Part shown: piece by piece, positions 1 to 9,605 of the stretch
Position numbering within the stretch: position 1 is the stretch's first letter
How the letters are laid out: each line of letters starts with the position of its first letter
Source of the DNA: Novosphingobium sp.
Lineage (GTDB): Bacteria; Pseudomonadota; Alphaproteobacteria; Sphingomonadales; Sphingomonadaceae
DNA length: 64,000 bases
Assembly: GCA_017745295.1 (NCBI GenBank)
Contig: JAGHZR010000004.1
Coordinates: forward strand, 63,938 to 127,937
Direction of reading: 5' to 3'
Translations under genes and position numbers: made by a program
The notes under the pieces: generated by a model
What the model saw: only the letters and a program-made list of their open reading frames with translations
Databases searched by the model: none
What the model was told of the DNA's origin: nothing

Positions 1-419
1 CGTTGCTCGGCACCGATGCGGAAGGCGCGGAGGGCGTGGGCGTGGACGCGCATGGTCTTGATCTGCGGCGGGACCAGCCAGAACTTGAGCGGCGGAATGA
101 GCTGGAGCAGCAGCATCGCGCCGAACTTGATCGCGGCGATCCCGGCGGCGAGGCCGACGATCATGCGCGGGGTCCATTCATGGCCCCAGTCGGCCAAGAG
201 GTTCTCGTAGAGGCCCATGTAGAATTCGGGCGCGATCACCAGCGCGCCCAGCGCCAGGAAGGCGACGATCGCCGCCCAGGCAAGGGCCACGTCGGTATAG
301 CCGTCCGAGCGGTCGGCCAGCACGGTGACGATCTCGCCGGCGCTGTGCATTTCCGCCTCGCCCACGGCGGCGCTGATGCGCTCGTGGTCCTCGGCGGAGA
401 GATAGACTGGTGTCGGCAT
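1..419 (-). CDS. TPM-domain membrane protein (3' end runs off window)
   Basis: Read manually from ATG at 419: MPTPVYLSAEDHERISAAVGEAEMHSAGEIVTVLADRSDGY..., followed by two hydrophobic segments; third gene of the usual lemA-TPM-TPM operon; not in the ORF track because it is truncated. Confidence 0.8.
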   Translation of the reverse strand, partial: MPTPVYLSAEDHERISAAVGEAEMHSAGEIVTVLADRSDGYTDVALAWAAIVAFLALGALVIAPEFYMGLYENLLADWGHEWTPRMIVGLAAGIAAIKFGAMLLLQLIPPLKFWLVPPQIKTMRVHAHALRAFRIGAEQ

Positions 420-433
420 CGTTTCTGTCCCCC

Positions 434-1255
434 TTACCAGCTGCCGCTCGCGCCGCCGCCGCCGAAGCTGCCACCGCCGCCCGAGAAACCGCCGCCACCG
501 CCGCCGAAGCCGCCGCCGCCGCCCCAGCCGCCACCGAAGTGATCGTCGTCATCGTCGCCGCCGAAGCTGCCGGGCATCCAGATGATCGGGCCGCCGAAGC
601 CGCCGCGTCGCCGTCCGCCGCCGCGCGCCTCGTTGATCATCGGCATGGCCACGAAGAACACGATGATGAGGATGAAGACGATGGTGCCGATCGGGAAGCC
701 GCCGCCGGAACCTTGCTTGCGCGCGGCCTCGGCGTCTGCCGCCACCTTGCGGGCCTGATCGGGCGGCAGGGTGAGCTGCTTGACGAGCGCATCCGTGCCC
801 GCCGCGATGCCGCCGGGATAGTCGTCGGCCTTGAAGCGGGGCAGGATCTGGTTGTTGATGATGAGGAAGGAGAGGCCGTCGGTGATGATCGGTTCGAGGC
901 CGTAGCCGACCTCGATCCGCACCTTGCGCTCGTTCGGGGCGACGATCAGCAGGGCGCCGCTGTTCTTGTCCTTCTCGCCGATGCCCCAGGCCCGGCCGAG
1001 CTGGTAGCCGTAATCGGAAATCTCGTAGCCCTGGAGGCTGGGCAGGGTGACGACGACCAGTTGGCGGCCGGAGTTCTTCTCCAGCGCCTCCAGCTTCTGC
1101 GTGAGCTGGGCCGTCTGCTGCGGGTTCAGCAGTTTGGCATCGTCGACGACGCGGCCGGTCAGCTTGGGGAAGGTGGGTTCGGCCACCGCCTGCTGGGCAA
1201 GCAGCGCGCCGAACGCCAACAGGATGGCCGCGAGTGCAGCCCGGAAACGGATCAC
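434..1255 (-). CDS. TPM-domain (YgcG-like) protein with Gly-rich C-terminus
   Basis: Signal peptide, GRVVDDA..., RKVRIEVGYGLE motif, TM helix, GGGFSGGGGSFGGGGASGSW tail; GTG start at 1255 just after the lemA stop. Confidence 0.9.
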   Translation of the reverse strand: MIRFRAALAAILLAFGALLAQQAVAEPTFPKLTGRVVDDAKLLNPQQTAQLTQKLEALEKNSGRQLVVVTLPSLQGYEISDYGYQLGRAWGIGEKDKNSGALLIVAPNERKVRIEVGYGLEPIITDGLSFLIINNQILPRFKADDYPGGIAAGTDALVKQLTLPPDQARKVAADAEAARKQGSGGGFPIGTIVFILIIVFFVAMPMINEARGGGRRRGGFGGPIIWMPGSFGGDDDDDHFGGGWGGGGGFGGGGGGFSGGGGSFGGGGASGSW

Positions 1256-1259
1256 GGTA

Positions 1260-1865
1260 TCAGATCTTGCCTTCGAGGCTCGGCGCGTTTTCGGCGCCCG
1301 GCGTCGTCGCCTGATAGGGTACCAGCGGGTCTGCACCGCGCAGCTTGGCACCGATCATCGTCGGGAAAGTGCGGACTTCGGTGTTGTAGTCCTGAACCGC
1401 GGCATTGTAGTCGCGCACCGAGATGCGGATGCGGTTTTCCTGGCCCTCGAGCTGGGTCTGGAGCATCTGGTAGTTCACGATCGACTTGAGGTCGGGATAC
1501 TGCTCGACGCTGACCAGCAGGCGCGAGAGGCTCTGTCCGAGCTGGCCTTGCGCAGCCTGGAACTGCTGCATCTTGGCCGGATCGTTAAGATCGTTTGCGG
1601 TCAGCTGGATCGAGGTCGCCTTGGCGCGCGCCTCGACCACGCCGGTGAGGATTTCCTTCTCCTGCGTCGCGGCGCCCTTGGCCACGGCGGCGAGGTTGGG
1701 CACGAGGTTGGCGCGTTCCTGGAAGGCGGCCTGCACGTCGGCCCACTTGGCCTTGGCGGCTTCCTGCTTGGTGGGGACCGAATTGAAACCGCAGGCAGCC
1801 AGCGACAGCGCCGCCGCGAGGGCCAGCACATTGCGGCTCTTGCGGGCCAGAGCGGAAAGGGACAT
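1260..1865 (-). CDS. lemA: LemA family lipoprotein
   Basis: LAAC lipobox; [30 protein letters not shown] motifs. Confidence 0.92.
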   Translation of the reverse strand: MSLSALARKSRNVLALAAALSLAACGFNSVPTKQEAAKAKWADVQAAFQERANLVPNLAAVAKGAATQEKEILTGVVEARAKATSIQLTANDLNDPAKMQQFQAAQGQLGQSLSRLLVSVEQYPDLKSIVNYQMLQTQLEGQENRIRISVRDYNAAVQDYNTEVRTFPTMIGAKLRGADPLVPYQATTPGAENAPSLEGKI

Positions 1866-2067
1866 TCGTGATCCTCCTGATCGGCTTGGCCATGGGGCCA
1901 TGCCTCTAGCTGGAATAGATAGCAGCCGTCCGGCCCGGTTCAAGGACGGTCGCTCTCCTGAAACGACGCCTGCAACCGTTTGTTACCCGGGCGATTGTTA
2001 CCTGACGACCGATGTGGCAGGTTTGCCGCCAATCATGGACCGCACAGGATCGAGGGGAAACCGACCC

Positions 2068-2493
2068 ATGCTTCAGGAATTCAAGACTTTCATCGCGCGC
2101 GGCAACGTGCTCGACCTCGCCGTCGGTGTGATCATTGGCGCGGCGTTCGGCAAGATCGTGGCCTCGCTGACCGACGACGTCATCATGCCGTTCATCGGCC
2201 TCATCACCGGGGGCATCGATTTCAGCAACAAGTTCGTGGTGCTCGGCACGGTGCCGGCGGACTATACCGGCCCGATGACCTATGCCGGCCTGAAGGCGGC
2301 GGGCGTGGCGATGTTCGGCTACGGTGCGTTCCTCACGGCGATCATCAACTTCCTGATTCTCGCCTTCGTCATCTTCCTGATCGTGCGCCAGGCCAATCGC
2401 ATGCTGCCCAAGAAGGAAGAACCCGCAGCACCGACCGGCCCGACCGAAGTGCAGTTGCTGGCGGAAATCCGCGACGCATTGAAGAAGGACTGA
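2068..2493 (+). CDS. mscL: Large-conductance mechanosensitive channel
   Basis: [31 protein letters not shown]...LLAEIRDAL. Confidence 0.97.
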   Translation: MLQEFKTFIARGNVLDLAVGVIIGAAFGKIVASLTDDVIMPFIGLITGGIDFSNKFVVLGTVPADYTGPMTYAGLKAAGVAMFGYGAFLTAIINFLILAFVIFLIVRQANRMLPKKEEPAAPTGPTEVQLLAEIRDALKKD

Positions 2494-2520
2494 GCCGAAG
2501 AAATCGGCTGTGTATTGCCG

Positions 2521-2551
2521 AAGGGCGGGGTCATTCCCGCCCTTTTCTTTT
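2521..2551 (+). terminator. Intrinsic terminator after mscL
   Basis: AAGGGCGGG-gtcatt-CCCGCCCTT followed by TTCTTTT. Confidence 0.8.
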
Positions 2552-2572
2552 CCGGCGGGCACCCTATATGAG

Positions 2573-2942
2573 GTCCTGCCAGCTTCGGCTGGCTATGATG
2601 ATAAACTGCGCCGTTCAATAGGCACAGCGGACCCGGGGGCGGTACCCGGCGGCTCCACCATCACCCGTCCTGCCATCCGGCCGGACAACCCTGTTGTCGC
2701 AGGGGTGATGACGGGGCCGAACTAGGATCGACGTGTGTTGAAAAGCGGTGTTTTCATTCGGGCTGAGTAACCCGTTCAAGGCTCAAAACTCATAAGTGCC
2801 AACGACAACGAAGCACTCGCTCTCGCCGCGTAATTCTAGGGGCTAACGCCCTGACGTTACAAAGCTAAAGCGCGGTTGGACCCACCGGGCAACAGAAGGG
2901 ATTCCAGGGGCCCGGGGTGAGCCTTGCAACAGAATCACCCCA
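2573..2942 (+). ncRNA. ssrA: Two-piece (circularly permuted) tmRNA
   Basis: Acceptor piece ends ...CCGGGGGCGGTACCCGGCGGCTCCACCA at 2660; intervening segment 2661-2712; coding piece starts GGGGCCGAACTAGGATCGAC at 2713; tag frame 2798-2833 reads ANDNEALALAA*; outer ends approximate. Confidence 0.93.
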
Positions 2943-2956
2943 CCTTCCGATACAAT

Positions 2957-3244
2957 TCAGGCCGCATTCGCCCTTTCGGCGATTGGCTCGTCTGTCTCAG
3001 GCAGGTGCGCGGTTTCTTCTGCCAGCCGCTGGGCCTGCTCGAACTTCAGGCAATCGAGGATCTTCGCTCCGGCCATGAAGACGGCGCCGGTGCAGGCCAG
3101 GAACAGCAGCTTCCCGCCCCATCCCGGAAAGCGCGTGAGGTAGACGCTGCCGCGTTCCACCGCGCCCAGGGCGAGGGCGTAGATGATCATGAACGCTTCC
3201 CAGCGCGTCTTGATGACAAACAGCCGGCTGATCTTGTGGAGCAT
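2957..3244 (-). CDS. Small membrane protein of unknown function (95 aa)
   Basis: MLHKISRLFVIKTRWEAFMIIYALALGAVERG...; two hydrophobic segments, GGAAGG RBS, host-like codon usage. Confidence 0.75.
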   Translation of the reverse strand: MLHKISRLFVIKTRWEAFMIIYALALGAVERGSVYLTRFPGWGGKLLFLACTGAVFMAGAKILDCLKFEQAQRLAEETAHLPETDEPIAERANAA

Positions 3245-3530
3245 TCCGATCCTTCCAATATCGCGCGTCCTCTGGCGCAACCGGGGGAGTCGCTCGAAGG
3301 TTCCCCGAAGCCGAGGGGAATGTCGGTTGTAAGTCTTTCCGACGCAAGGTGTAAGCTGGTCCGACGAGGTACCACTTTGGGACCGAAACGGTCGCACCCG
3401 TCGAGTTGGCATTTGCCAACCCCATCCGGATCAGGCATAGCAGAGCCAATCCTCCCCAGGACAATCTTGAACAGATGTCACGGCCGCCGCACGCGCCCTT
3501 GGTGCTTGCGTGCCTGGAATGCGAGGAAAG

Positions 3531-5660
3531 ATGACAGACAGAATCGAACGTTCGGGCCTGCGGGTCGATGGCGCCTTGGCGCGTTTCGTCGAGCAGGAAG
3601 TCCTGCCGCCGATCGGTCAGGATGCGACCCGGTTCTGGGCGGGGTTCGCGGCGCTGGTGGCCGAAATGGCGCCGCGCAACCGGGCACTCCTGGAGCGGCG
3701 CGACGCGCTGCAAGCGGCGATCGACGCCTGGCATCTCGAACGTCCCGGCAAGCCCATCGATCAGGCCGAGTATCAGGCTTTCCTGCGCGAGATCGACTAT
3801 CTGGTGCCGGAACCCGGCGATTTCGCCATCAGTACCACCGGCGTCGATCCCGAGATCGCGACGATGGCGGGGCCGCAGCTCGTCGTTCCCGTGCTCAATG
3901 CGCGTTTCCTGCTCAACGCCGCCAATGCCCGCTGGGGCAGCCTCTACGATGCGCTTTACGGCACCGACGCGCTCGATGCGGCGCCTGCGCAGGGGCGGGG
4001 CTACGATCCGGCGCGCGGCGCGGCGGTGATCGCGGAAGGGCGGCGGTTCCTCGACAAGGCCTTGCCGCTGGCCGCCGGGAGCTGGGCCGATGTCGAAAGC
4101 CTCGACGTGGCTCTGGCCGATCCGGCGCAATATGTCGGGAGCACGCAGACCGGGCGGTTCTATCGCTCGAACGGGCTCGGGATCGAGATCGTCGTCGATG
4201 AGGGCAGCGAGGTCGGTCGATCCGACCGGGCGGGCATCGCCGATATCGTGCTGGAAGCCGCGCTCACCACGATCGTCGATCTGGAGGATTCCGTCGCCGC
4301 GGTCGATGCCGAGGACAAGCTGGCGGGCTATGCCAACTGGCTCGGGCTGATCCGGGGCGACCTTACCGAGACCTTCGAGAAGGGCGGTCGCACCCATACC
4401 CGCGCGCTGGCGCCCGACAAGACCGTTGAGACGCCTGATGGCGAAGTGCTTGAACTGCCGGGGCGCAGCCTGCTGTTCGTCCGCAACGTCGGCCATCTCA
4501 TGACCAATCCGGCGATCCTGCTCGCCGATGGCTCGGAAATCCCCGAGGGCATCCTCGACGCCGTGCTGACGAGCGCGATTTCGGCGCAGGACGTGAAGGG
4601 CCTGACCCGCTTCGGCAACAGCCGCGAAGGCGCGATCTATATCGTCAAGCCGAAGATGCACGGGCCGGAAGAGTGCGCCTTCACCAACGACCTGTTCGAT
4701 GCGGTCGAGGACCTGCTGGGCCTGCCGCGCCGCACGATCAAGGTCGGCGTCATGGACGAGGAGCGGCGCACTTCGGCGAATCTCGCGGCCTGCATCCACG
4801 CGGTGAAGGACCGGATCGTCTTCATCAACACCGGCTTCCTCGATCGCACCGGCGATGAGATCCACACCTCGATGCGCGCCGGGCCGATGATCCGCAAGAA
4901 CGCGATCAAGGGCTCGGGCTGGATCGCCGCCTATGAGAAGCGCAATGTCGCGATCGGATTGCGACACGGGCTTTCGGGCGTCGCGCAGATCGGCAAGGGC
5001 ATGTGGGCGGCGCCGGACCGGATGCGCGACATGCTCGAACAGAAGATCGGCCATCCGCGCACCGGGGCGAACACCGCATGGGTGCCGTCTCCCACTGCCG
5101 CGACGCTTCATGCGATGCACTATCACGAGGTCGATGTCTTCGGCTTGCGTGGCGAGATGGCAGGCGCGGAGATTCCCGGTCTCGATCTCCTGCTGCAAGT
5201 CCCGCTGGCCGAGGGCACCAACTGGTCCGAGGCTGAAGTGCGTGAGGAACTGGATAACAATGCGCAAGGCCTGCTCGGCTATGTCGTGCGCTGGATCGAC
5301 CAGGGCGTCGGCTGCTCGAAAGTTCCGGACATCGACGATGTCGGCCTGATGGAAGACCGCGCGACCCTGCGCATCTCCAGCCAGCACATGGCGAACTGGC
5401 TTCTCCACGGGGTCTGCTCGCGGGAGCAGGTTCTCGATTCGCTGCACCGCATGGCCGCGAAGGTCGATGCGCAGAACGCGGGCGATCCGCTCTACGAGCC
5501 GATAGCGGGCAACTGGGAGACCTCGTTCGCCTTCCGCGCGGCCTGCGATCTCGTCTTCAAGGGCGTGGAGCAGCCGAGCGGCTACACCGAGCCGCTGCTT
5601 CATGCCTGGCGTCGCCGGAAAAAGGCAGCGACGGCCGTGCCTTCGCTGGTGGAGGTGTGA
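3531..5660 (+). CDS. glcB: Malate synthase G
   Basis: [52 protein letters not shown]. Confidence 0.97.
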   Translation: MTDRIERSGLRVDGALARFVEQEVLPPIGQDATRFWAGFAALVAEMAPRNRALLERRDALQAAIDAWHLERPGKPIDQAEYQAFLREIDYLVPEPGDFAISTTGVDPEIATMAGPQLVVPVLNARFLLNAANARWGSLYDALYGTDALDAAPAQGRGYDPARGAAVIAEGRRFLDKALPLAAGSWADVESLDVALADPAQYVGSTQTGRFYRSNGLGIEIVVDEGSEVGRSDRAGIADIVLEAALTTIVDLEDSVAAVDAEDKLAGYANWLGLIRGDLTETFEKGGRTHTRALAPDKTVETPDGEVLELPGRSLLFVRNVGHLMTNPAILLADGSEIPEGILDAVLTSAISAQDVKGLTRFGNSREGAIYIVKPKMHGPEECAFTNDLFDAVEDLLGLPRRTIKVGVMDEERRTSANLAACIHAVKDRIVFINTGFLDRTGDEIHTSMRAGPMIRKNAIKGSGWIAAYEKRNVAIGLRHGLSGVAQIGKGMWAAPDRMRDMLEQKIGHPRTGANTAWVPSPTAATLHAMHYHEVDVFGLRGEMAGAEIPGLDLLLQVPLAEGTNWSEAEVREELDNNAQGLLGYVVRWIDQGVGCSKVPDIDDVGLMEDRATLRISSQHMANWLLHGVCSREQVLDSLHRMAAKVDAQNAGDPLYEPIAGNWETSFAFRAACDLVFKGVEQPSGYTEPLLHAWRRRKKAATAVPSLVEV

Positions 5661-5750
5661 CTGCAAAAGCCTCACCCGCGCGTTAACTTTGATTTGATCT
5701 ATCGCGTTTATGGCACTATTCAACGTGGTGTTCGCTAGGGGGGCCCGGCG

Positions 5751-6125
5751 TTGAAGAAGTCCAGTGCTGATCGTGCCCATGGGCACGCCATTCCCGGTAC
5801 GCCGTCCATCGGCGTTCCGGCCGACGGTATCAATTCTGAAGAAGGCGCGCGGGTTGTGCGTCTCGACTCGGTTCGTGCCGAGCGGGATCGTGCGAATTCG
5901 GGCGGCGCGGTTTTGCCGGTCGCTTTGGCGGCGGAAGCGCTGCGCTTCGAGAAGGAACGCGGCGTTACCGGCTTGCTTGCGTCCGATGGACCGCTGGCGG
6001 GGCGGCTCGTCCAGTTTGCGTTGATGGGGCTTGGCCTTGCCGTTGCGGTCTGGGTGGGGGCGCAGCTTGCCAAGCCCGATCTCGGCGCGGTCAGGCAGCC
6101 CGTTTCCGCCGAAGCGGCGCAGTAA
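5751..6125 (+). CDS. Hypothetical single-pass membrane protein
   Basis: Only plausible ORF in the gap; TTG start after a G-rich RBS; one TM near the C-terminus (LVQFALMGLGLAVAVWVGAQLA); start uncertain. Confidence 0.5.
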   Translation: MKKSSADRAHGHAIPGTPSIGVPADGINSEEGARVVRLDSVRAERDRANSGGAVLPVALAAEALRFEKERGVTGLLASDGPLAGRLVQFALMGLGLAVAVWVGAQLAKPDLGAVRQPVSAEAAQ

Positions 6126-6131
6126 GTTTCA

Positions 6132-6193
6132 CCCGGTCCGGTCGGGACCGGGTCAGTACCCCCGCCCGGTCCGGTCAGGGCCGGGTCAATACC
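6132..6193. repeat. Imperfect 29-bp direct repeat (period 33) overlapping the rsmA stop
   Basis: 6132-6160 cccggtccggtcgggaccgggtcagtacc vs 6165-6193 cccggtccggtcagggccgggtcaatacc (3 mismatches). Confidence 0.8.
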
Positions 6194-6999
6194 TTCGCCA
6201 CGCTGACGAATTCCGCGACCGACAGCGTTTCTGCGCGGCGCTGGGAATCGATCCCAAGGCTCTCCAAAGCATCCAGCGCGCCGGGCACGCCCTTGAGGCT
6301 CTGGCGCAGCATCTTGCGGCGCTGGCCGAAGGCGGCTTCGGTCACGCGCTCCAGCACCCGCATCGACACGCCTTCGGGCGCTGCGCCCGGCTCGACGTGG
6401 ATGATCGCCGACATGACCTTGGGCGGCGGCGTGAAGGCGCTGCGGTGGACTTTCATCGCCAGCTTCGCCTGCGAGCGCCACTGCGCCAGCACCGCGAGGC
6501 GGCCATAGGCGGAAGTATCCGGCTCGGCGACGATGCGGCGGGCCACTTCCTCCTGGAACATCAGCGTCAGCGACGACCACTGCGGCGGCCAGGCCTCACC
6601 CGAGAGCCAGCCGGTGAACAGCGCCGTGCCGACATTGTAGGGCAGGTTGGCGACGACCGCGTAAGGCCCGTCGAACAGGTCGGCAGGGGCGATCTTCATC
6701 GCGTCGCCCTCGATCACCTTGAGCTTGCCGGGGAAGGCGGCCTCGACTTCCGCCAGTGCAGGAAGGCAGCGGCGGTCCATCTCGATCGCGGTCACGGTGG
6801 CGCCCGCGCGCAGCAGGGCGCGGGTAAGGCCGCCGGGGCCGGGGCCGACTTCCAGCACCTGCCGTCCTTCGAGACCGCCGGGAATCGCGGCGATGCGGTC
6901 CAGCAACTGCTCGTCGAACAGGAAGTTCTGGCCGAGCGCCTTGGAGGCGGAAAGGCCGTGTCGGGCGATCACTTCGCGCAGCGGAGGAAGGGTGGTCAT
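6175..6999 (-). CDS. rsmA: 16S rRNA adenine dimethyltransferase
   Basis: [39 protein letters not shown]. Confidence 0.97.
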   Translation of the reverse strand: MTTLPPLREVIARHGLSASKALGQNFLFDEQLLDRIAAIPGGLEGRQVLEVGPGPGGLTRALLRAGATVTAIEMDRRCLPALAEVEAAFPGKLKVIEGDAMKIAPADLFDGPYAVVANLPYNVGTALFTGWLSGEAWPPQWSSLTLMFQEEVARRIVAEPDTSAYGRLAVLAQWRSQAKLAMKVHRSAFTPPPKVMSAIIHVEPGAAPEGVSMRVLERVTEAAFGQRRKMLRQSLKGVPGALDALESLGIDSQRRAETLSVAEFVSVAKVLTRP

Positions 7000-8042
7000 G
7001 CAGTTGTCTCCGGCGAAAGCCTGCGCGCTGCGCATTGGCCCGCCATGCGGATGGCGGCGATCGTCGCGCCCGCGCTCGCCACGTTCCTTCCGGCGATGCC
7101 GAAAGCGGTGCCGTGGTCGGGCGAGGTCCGCACGATCGGCAGGCCGAGCGTGACGTTGACGCCGGCGTCGAAATCGAGGGTCTTGATCGGGACGAGCGCC
7201 TGATCGTGGTACATGCAGAGCGCGACGTCGAACCTGTCGCGCTCATGCGCGGCAAACAGCGCGTCGGCGGGGTGCGGGCCGGTGACGGCCAGTCCTTCGG
7301 CGGCGAGGGCGGCGATGGCCGGGGCGATGGTCTCGATCTCCTCGCGGCCCATCCGCCCGTCTTCCCCGGCATGGGGATTGAGGCCGGTAATGGCGATGCG
7401 CGCGGGAGAAAGGCCGAAGTCGCGGGCGAGCGCGCGGGCGACGATCCGGGCCTTGCTCTCGATGAGTTCGCGGGTGACGAGGGCCGGGACCTGCGAGAGC
7501 GCGACGTGGACGGTCAGCGGCACCGTGCGCAAGTTGGGTCCGGCCAGCATCATCACCGCATCGCCATGGGCGACGCCGCAGGCATCGGCGAGGAACTCGG
7601 TCTGGCCGGGCTGGGTGAAGCCCACTTCGGCGAGCTTCGACTTGGCGATGGGGCCGGTGACGACCGCGCTGGCGGCGCCGGACAGCGCGAACTGCGTCGC
7701 GTGGGTCAGCGAATGGAGGGCTAGCGCCGCGCCGCTGCGGTCGGGCTGGCCGAGCCGGGCCTGGGCATCCTCGTCGCCGAGTACCGGCAGCGCCTCGGCG
7801 AAGACTTCGGCGGCTTCGTGCGGGGCGGCGATGCGGACGACCGGGAGGTCGATCCCCCGACTGCGCGCGGCGGCTTTGAGCACGTCGGCCCCGCCGACGG
7901 CGAAGAAGGGCGCGAGACCCTCCTCATGCCGCACGGCCCAGGCCTGCGCGAAGAGTTCCGGACCTACGCCCGCCGGATCGCCCAGCGAAACGGCGAGAGG
8001 CGAAACCGTCAGGGGCGGCGCGCCGTTGGTATTGGCCGCCAT
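6996..8042 (-). CDS. pdxA: 4-hydroxythreonine-4-phosphate dehydrogenase
   Basis: [34 protein letters not shown]. Confidence 0.97.
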   Translation of the reverse strand: MAANTNGAPPLTVSPLAVSLGDPAGVGPELFAQAWAVRHEEGLAPFFAVGGADVLKAAARSRGIDLPVVRIAAPHEAAEVFAEALPVLGDEDAQARLGQPDRSGAALALHSLTHATQFALSGAASAVVTGPIAKSKLAEVGFTQPGQTEFLADACGVAHGDAVMMLAGPNLRTVPLTVHVALSQVPALVTRELIESKARIVARALARDFGLSPARIAITGLNPHAGEDGRMGREEIETIAPAIAALAAEGLAVTGPHPADALFAAHERDRFDVALCMYHDQALVPIKTLDFDAGVNVTLGLPIVRTSPDHGTAFGIAGRNVASAGATIAAIRMAGQCAARRLSPETTA

Positions 8043-8061
8043 CGTGCCGCCCCCGTTATCG

Positions 8062-9429
8062 TCAGTTGTACTCGATCACCGCATCGCGGCGAAGGTCGCG
8101 CAAGTACATCTGCGCGCGCTTGTTGATGCGGTCGTCTTCCAGCTGGGACATGACCTGCTCGAAGTTCGGACCGGAATCGGCCTGCGGATCGTCGCGGCCG
8201 CAGAGCATCAGGATGCGCACGCCTTCGGTCAGCGAACCGAACGGCGGCAGGGTCTCGCCGGGCGAGAGGTTGAGGATCGAGGACTGGATCGGCCCCGGCA
8301 GGTCGCGCGCCTTGACCTGATCGTTGGCAACGACTTGCGCGCCGATGGTCGCGGCGACCTGATCGACGTCGCCGCAGCCCTTGGCGGTCTTGATCGTCTT
8401 GGCGAAATTCTCGGCCTTGGCATTGGCCTGCGCTTCGCTGACGCCCTTGGGGAACTCGATCGAGATCTGCTTCAGCGCCAGTACCGCATCGCGCGGGTCG
8501 GCGGTGAGGACCTGGCGCTTGTCGATCAGGTAGACGATGTCGTAGCCGCCGGGGATGGCGATCGGACCGGCCAGCTGGCCGGGCTGCATGTCGCGCACGG
8601 CTTCGCCGACTTCGCCGGGAAGCTGGCCGAGGCGGACCCAGCCGAGGTCGCCGCCGACCGGCGCGGTCGAGGCCTGCGAATACTGCCGGGCATAGGCAAC
8701 GAAGCTGCCGCCCTGGCGCAGTTGCTGCATGATCTGGTTGGCATTCGCCTCGACCTGCTGCTGGGATTCGGTCGTAGCGGCCAGATAGATCTCGCCGAGG
8801 CGGTATTCCTCGGTGCCCTTCGAGGCCTTGAGGCGCTCGATATACTCGTTCACTTCGTCGTCGGAGACGTTGATGAAGGGCTGGACGTTGCGCTGGAGCA
8901 GGCGCTGCCACGAGAGTTCGCCGCGGATCTGGCGTTTGAGCGAGTCCGGCGAGGAGCCGACGCGCTTCAGGTAGGCGTCCATCGCCTGGGTGTTCTGGTT
9001 GAAGTTCTGCGAGGCGACGCGGGCGTAGGACTGGTTGACCTCTGCTTCGTCCACCGCGACATCGGCGGCCTTGGCTTCCTGGATCTGGAGCGTCTCGTCG
9101 ATCAGGTTGCGCAGCACCTGGAGGCGCAGGCGCTTCTGTTCGTCTTCGCTGATCTTGCCCTGGTTGGCGGCGAGGATCAGGGCGAGGCGCTGGTCGACAT
9201 CGGTGCCGGTGATGACCGAGCCGTTCACCACGGCGGTGGCGCGGCGCAAGTTGGGATTGTCGTTGCCGAAGATCTTCACGTCATCGGGAATGACGATCTC
9301 GCCCTGCGGCGCGGACTGGGCGGAAGCGGCGCCGGACGAGAGCGCTGCGGCCAGCGTGCCGCAAGTGGCGACGGCAGTGCAGGCAAAGGCCGCGCGCTTG
9401 AAGAACGTGTTGCGTTGGATAGCTTTCAC
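8062..9429 (-). CDS. surA: SurA family chaperone / peptidyl-prolyl isomerase
   Basis: SurA N-domain (AVVNGSVIT, LIDETLQIQEA), parvulin GGDLGW; lptD-surA-pdxA-rsmA synteny. Confidence 0.9.
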   Translation of the reverse strand: MKAIQRNTFFKRAAFACTAVATCGTLAAALSSGAASAQSAPQGEIVIPDDVKIFGNDNPNLRRATAVVNGSVITGTDVDQRLALILAANQGKISEDEQKRLRLQVLRNLIDETLQIQEAKAADVAVDEAEVNQSYARVASQNFNQNTQAMDAYLKRVGSSPDSLKRQIRGELSWQRLLQRNVQPFINVSDDEVNEYIERLKASKGTEEYRLGEIYLAATTESQQQVEANANQIMQQLRQGGSFVAYARQYSQASTAPVGGDLGWVRLGQLPGEVGEAVRDMQPGQLAGPIAIPGGYDIVYLIDKRQVLTADPRDAVLALKQISIEFPKGVSEAQANAKAENFAKTIKTAKGCGDVDQVAATIGAQVVANDQVKARDLPGPIQSSILNLSPGETLPPFGSLTEGVRILMLCGRDDPQADSGPNFEQVMSQLEDDRINKRAQMYLRDLRRDAVIEYN

Positions 9430-9605
9430 CTTGACCTATATCCCGTATTCGACCTGCACGGCCGCTGCCGCTCGATGGAGAATTTCGCCGAGGGACGCAT
9501 TACCGGCCCTATGTCGGCACGCGGCTTAACCGAAACTGAGCACGTCCGATAGCCGCTTTGGCGATGGCGGCTCCGGCAAGGACCGCTTTGGCAAGTCGTG
9601 CCCGA

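Noticed and set aside
440-545. (CCG)n-rich low-complexity tract and the poly-Pro ORF 3..542
   Set aside because: It is the Gly-rich C-terminus of the TPM protein read on the opposite strand, not a repeat element.
1980-2002. Direct repeat TTGTTACC x2, 15 bp apart, between lemA and mscL
   Set aside because: Could be a regulator site, but two 8-mers are too little evidence to assign.
2997-5786. 929-aa minus-strand ORF
   Set aside because: Antisense shadow of glcB caused by high-GC codon bias; no recognisable motifs. The same applies to other long shadows such as 7213..9552, 47504..49402, 50438..52207 and 56025..57887.
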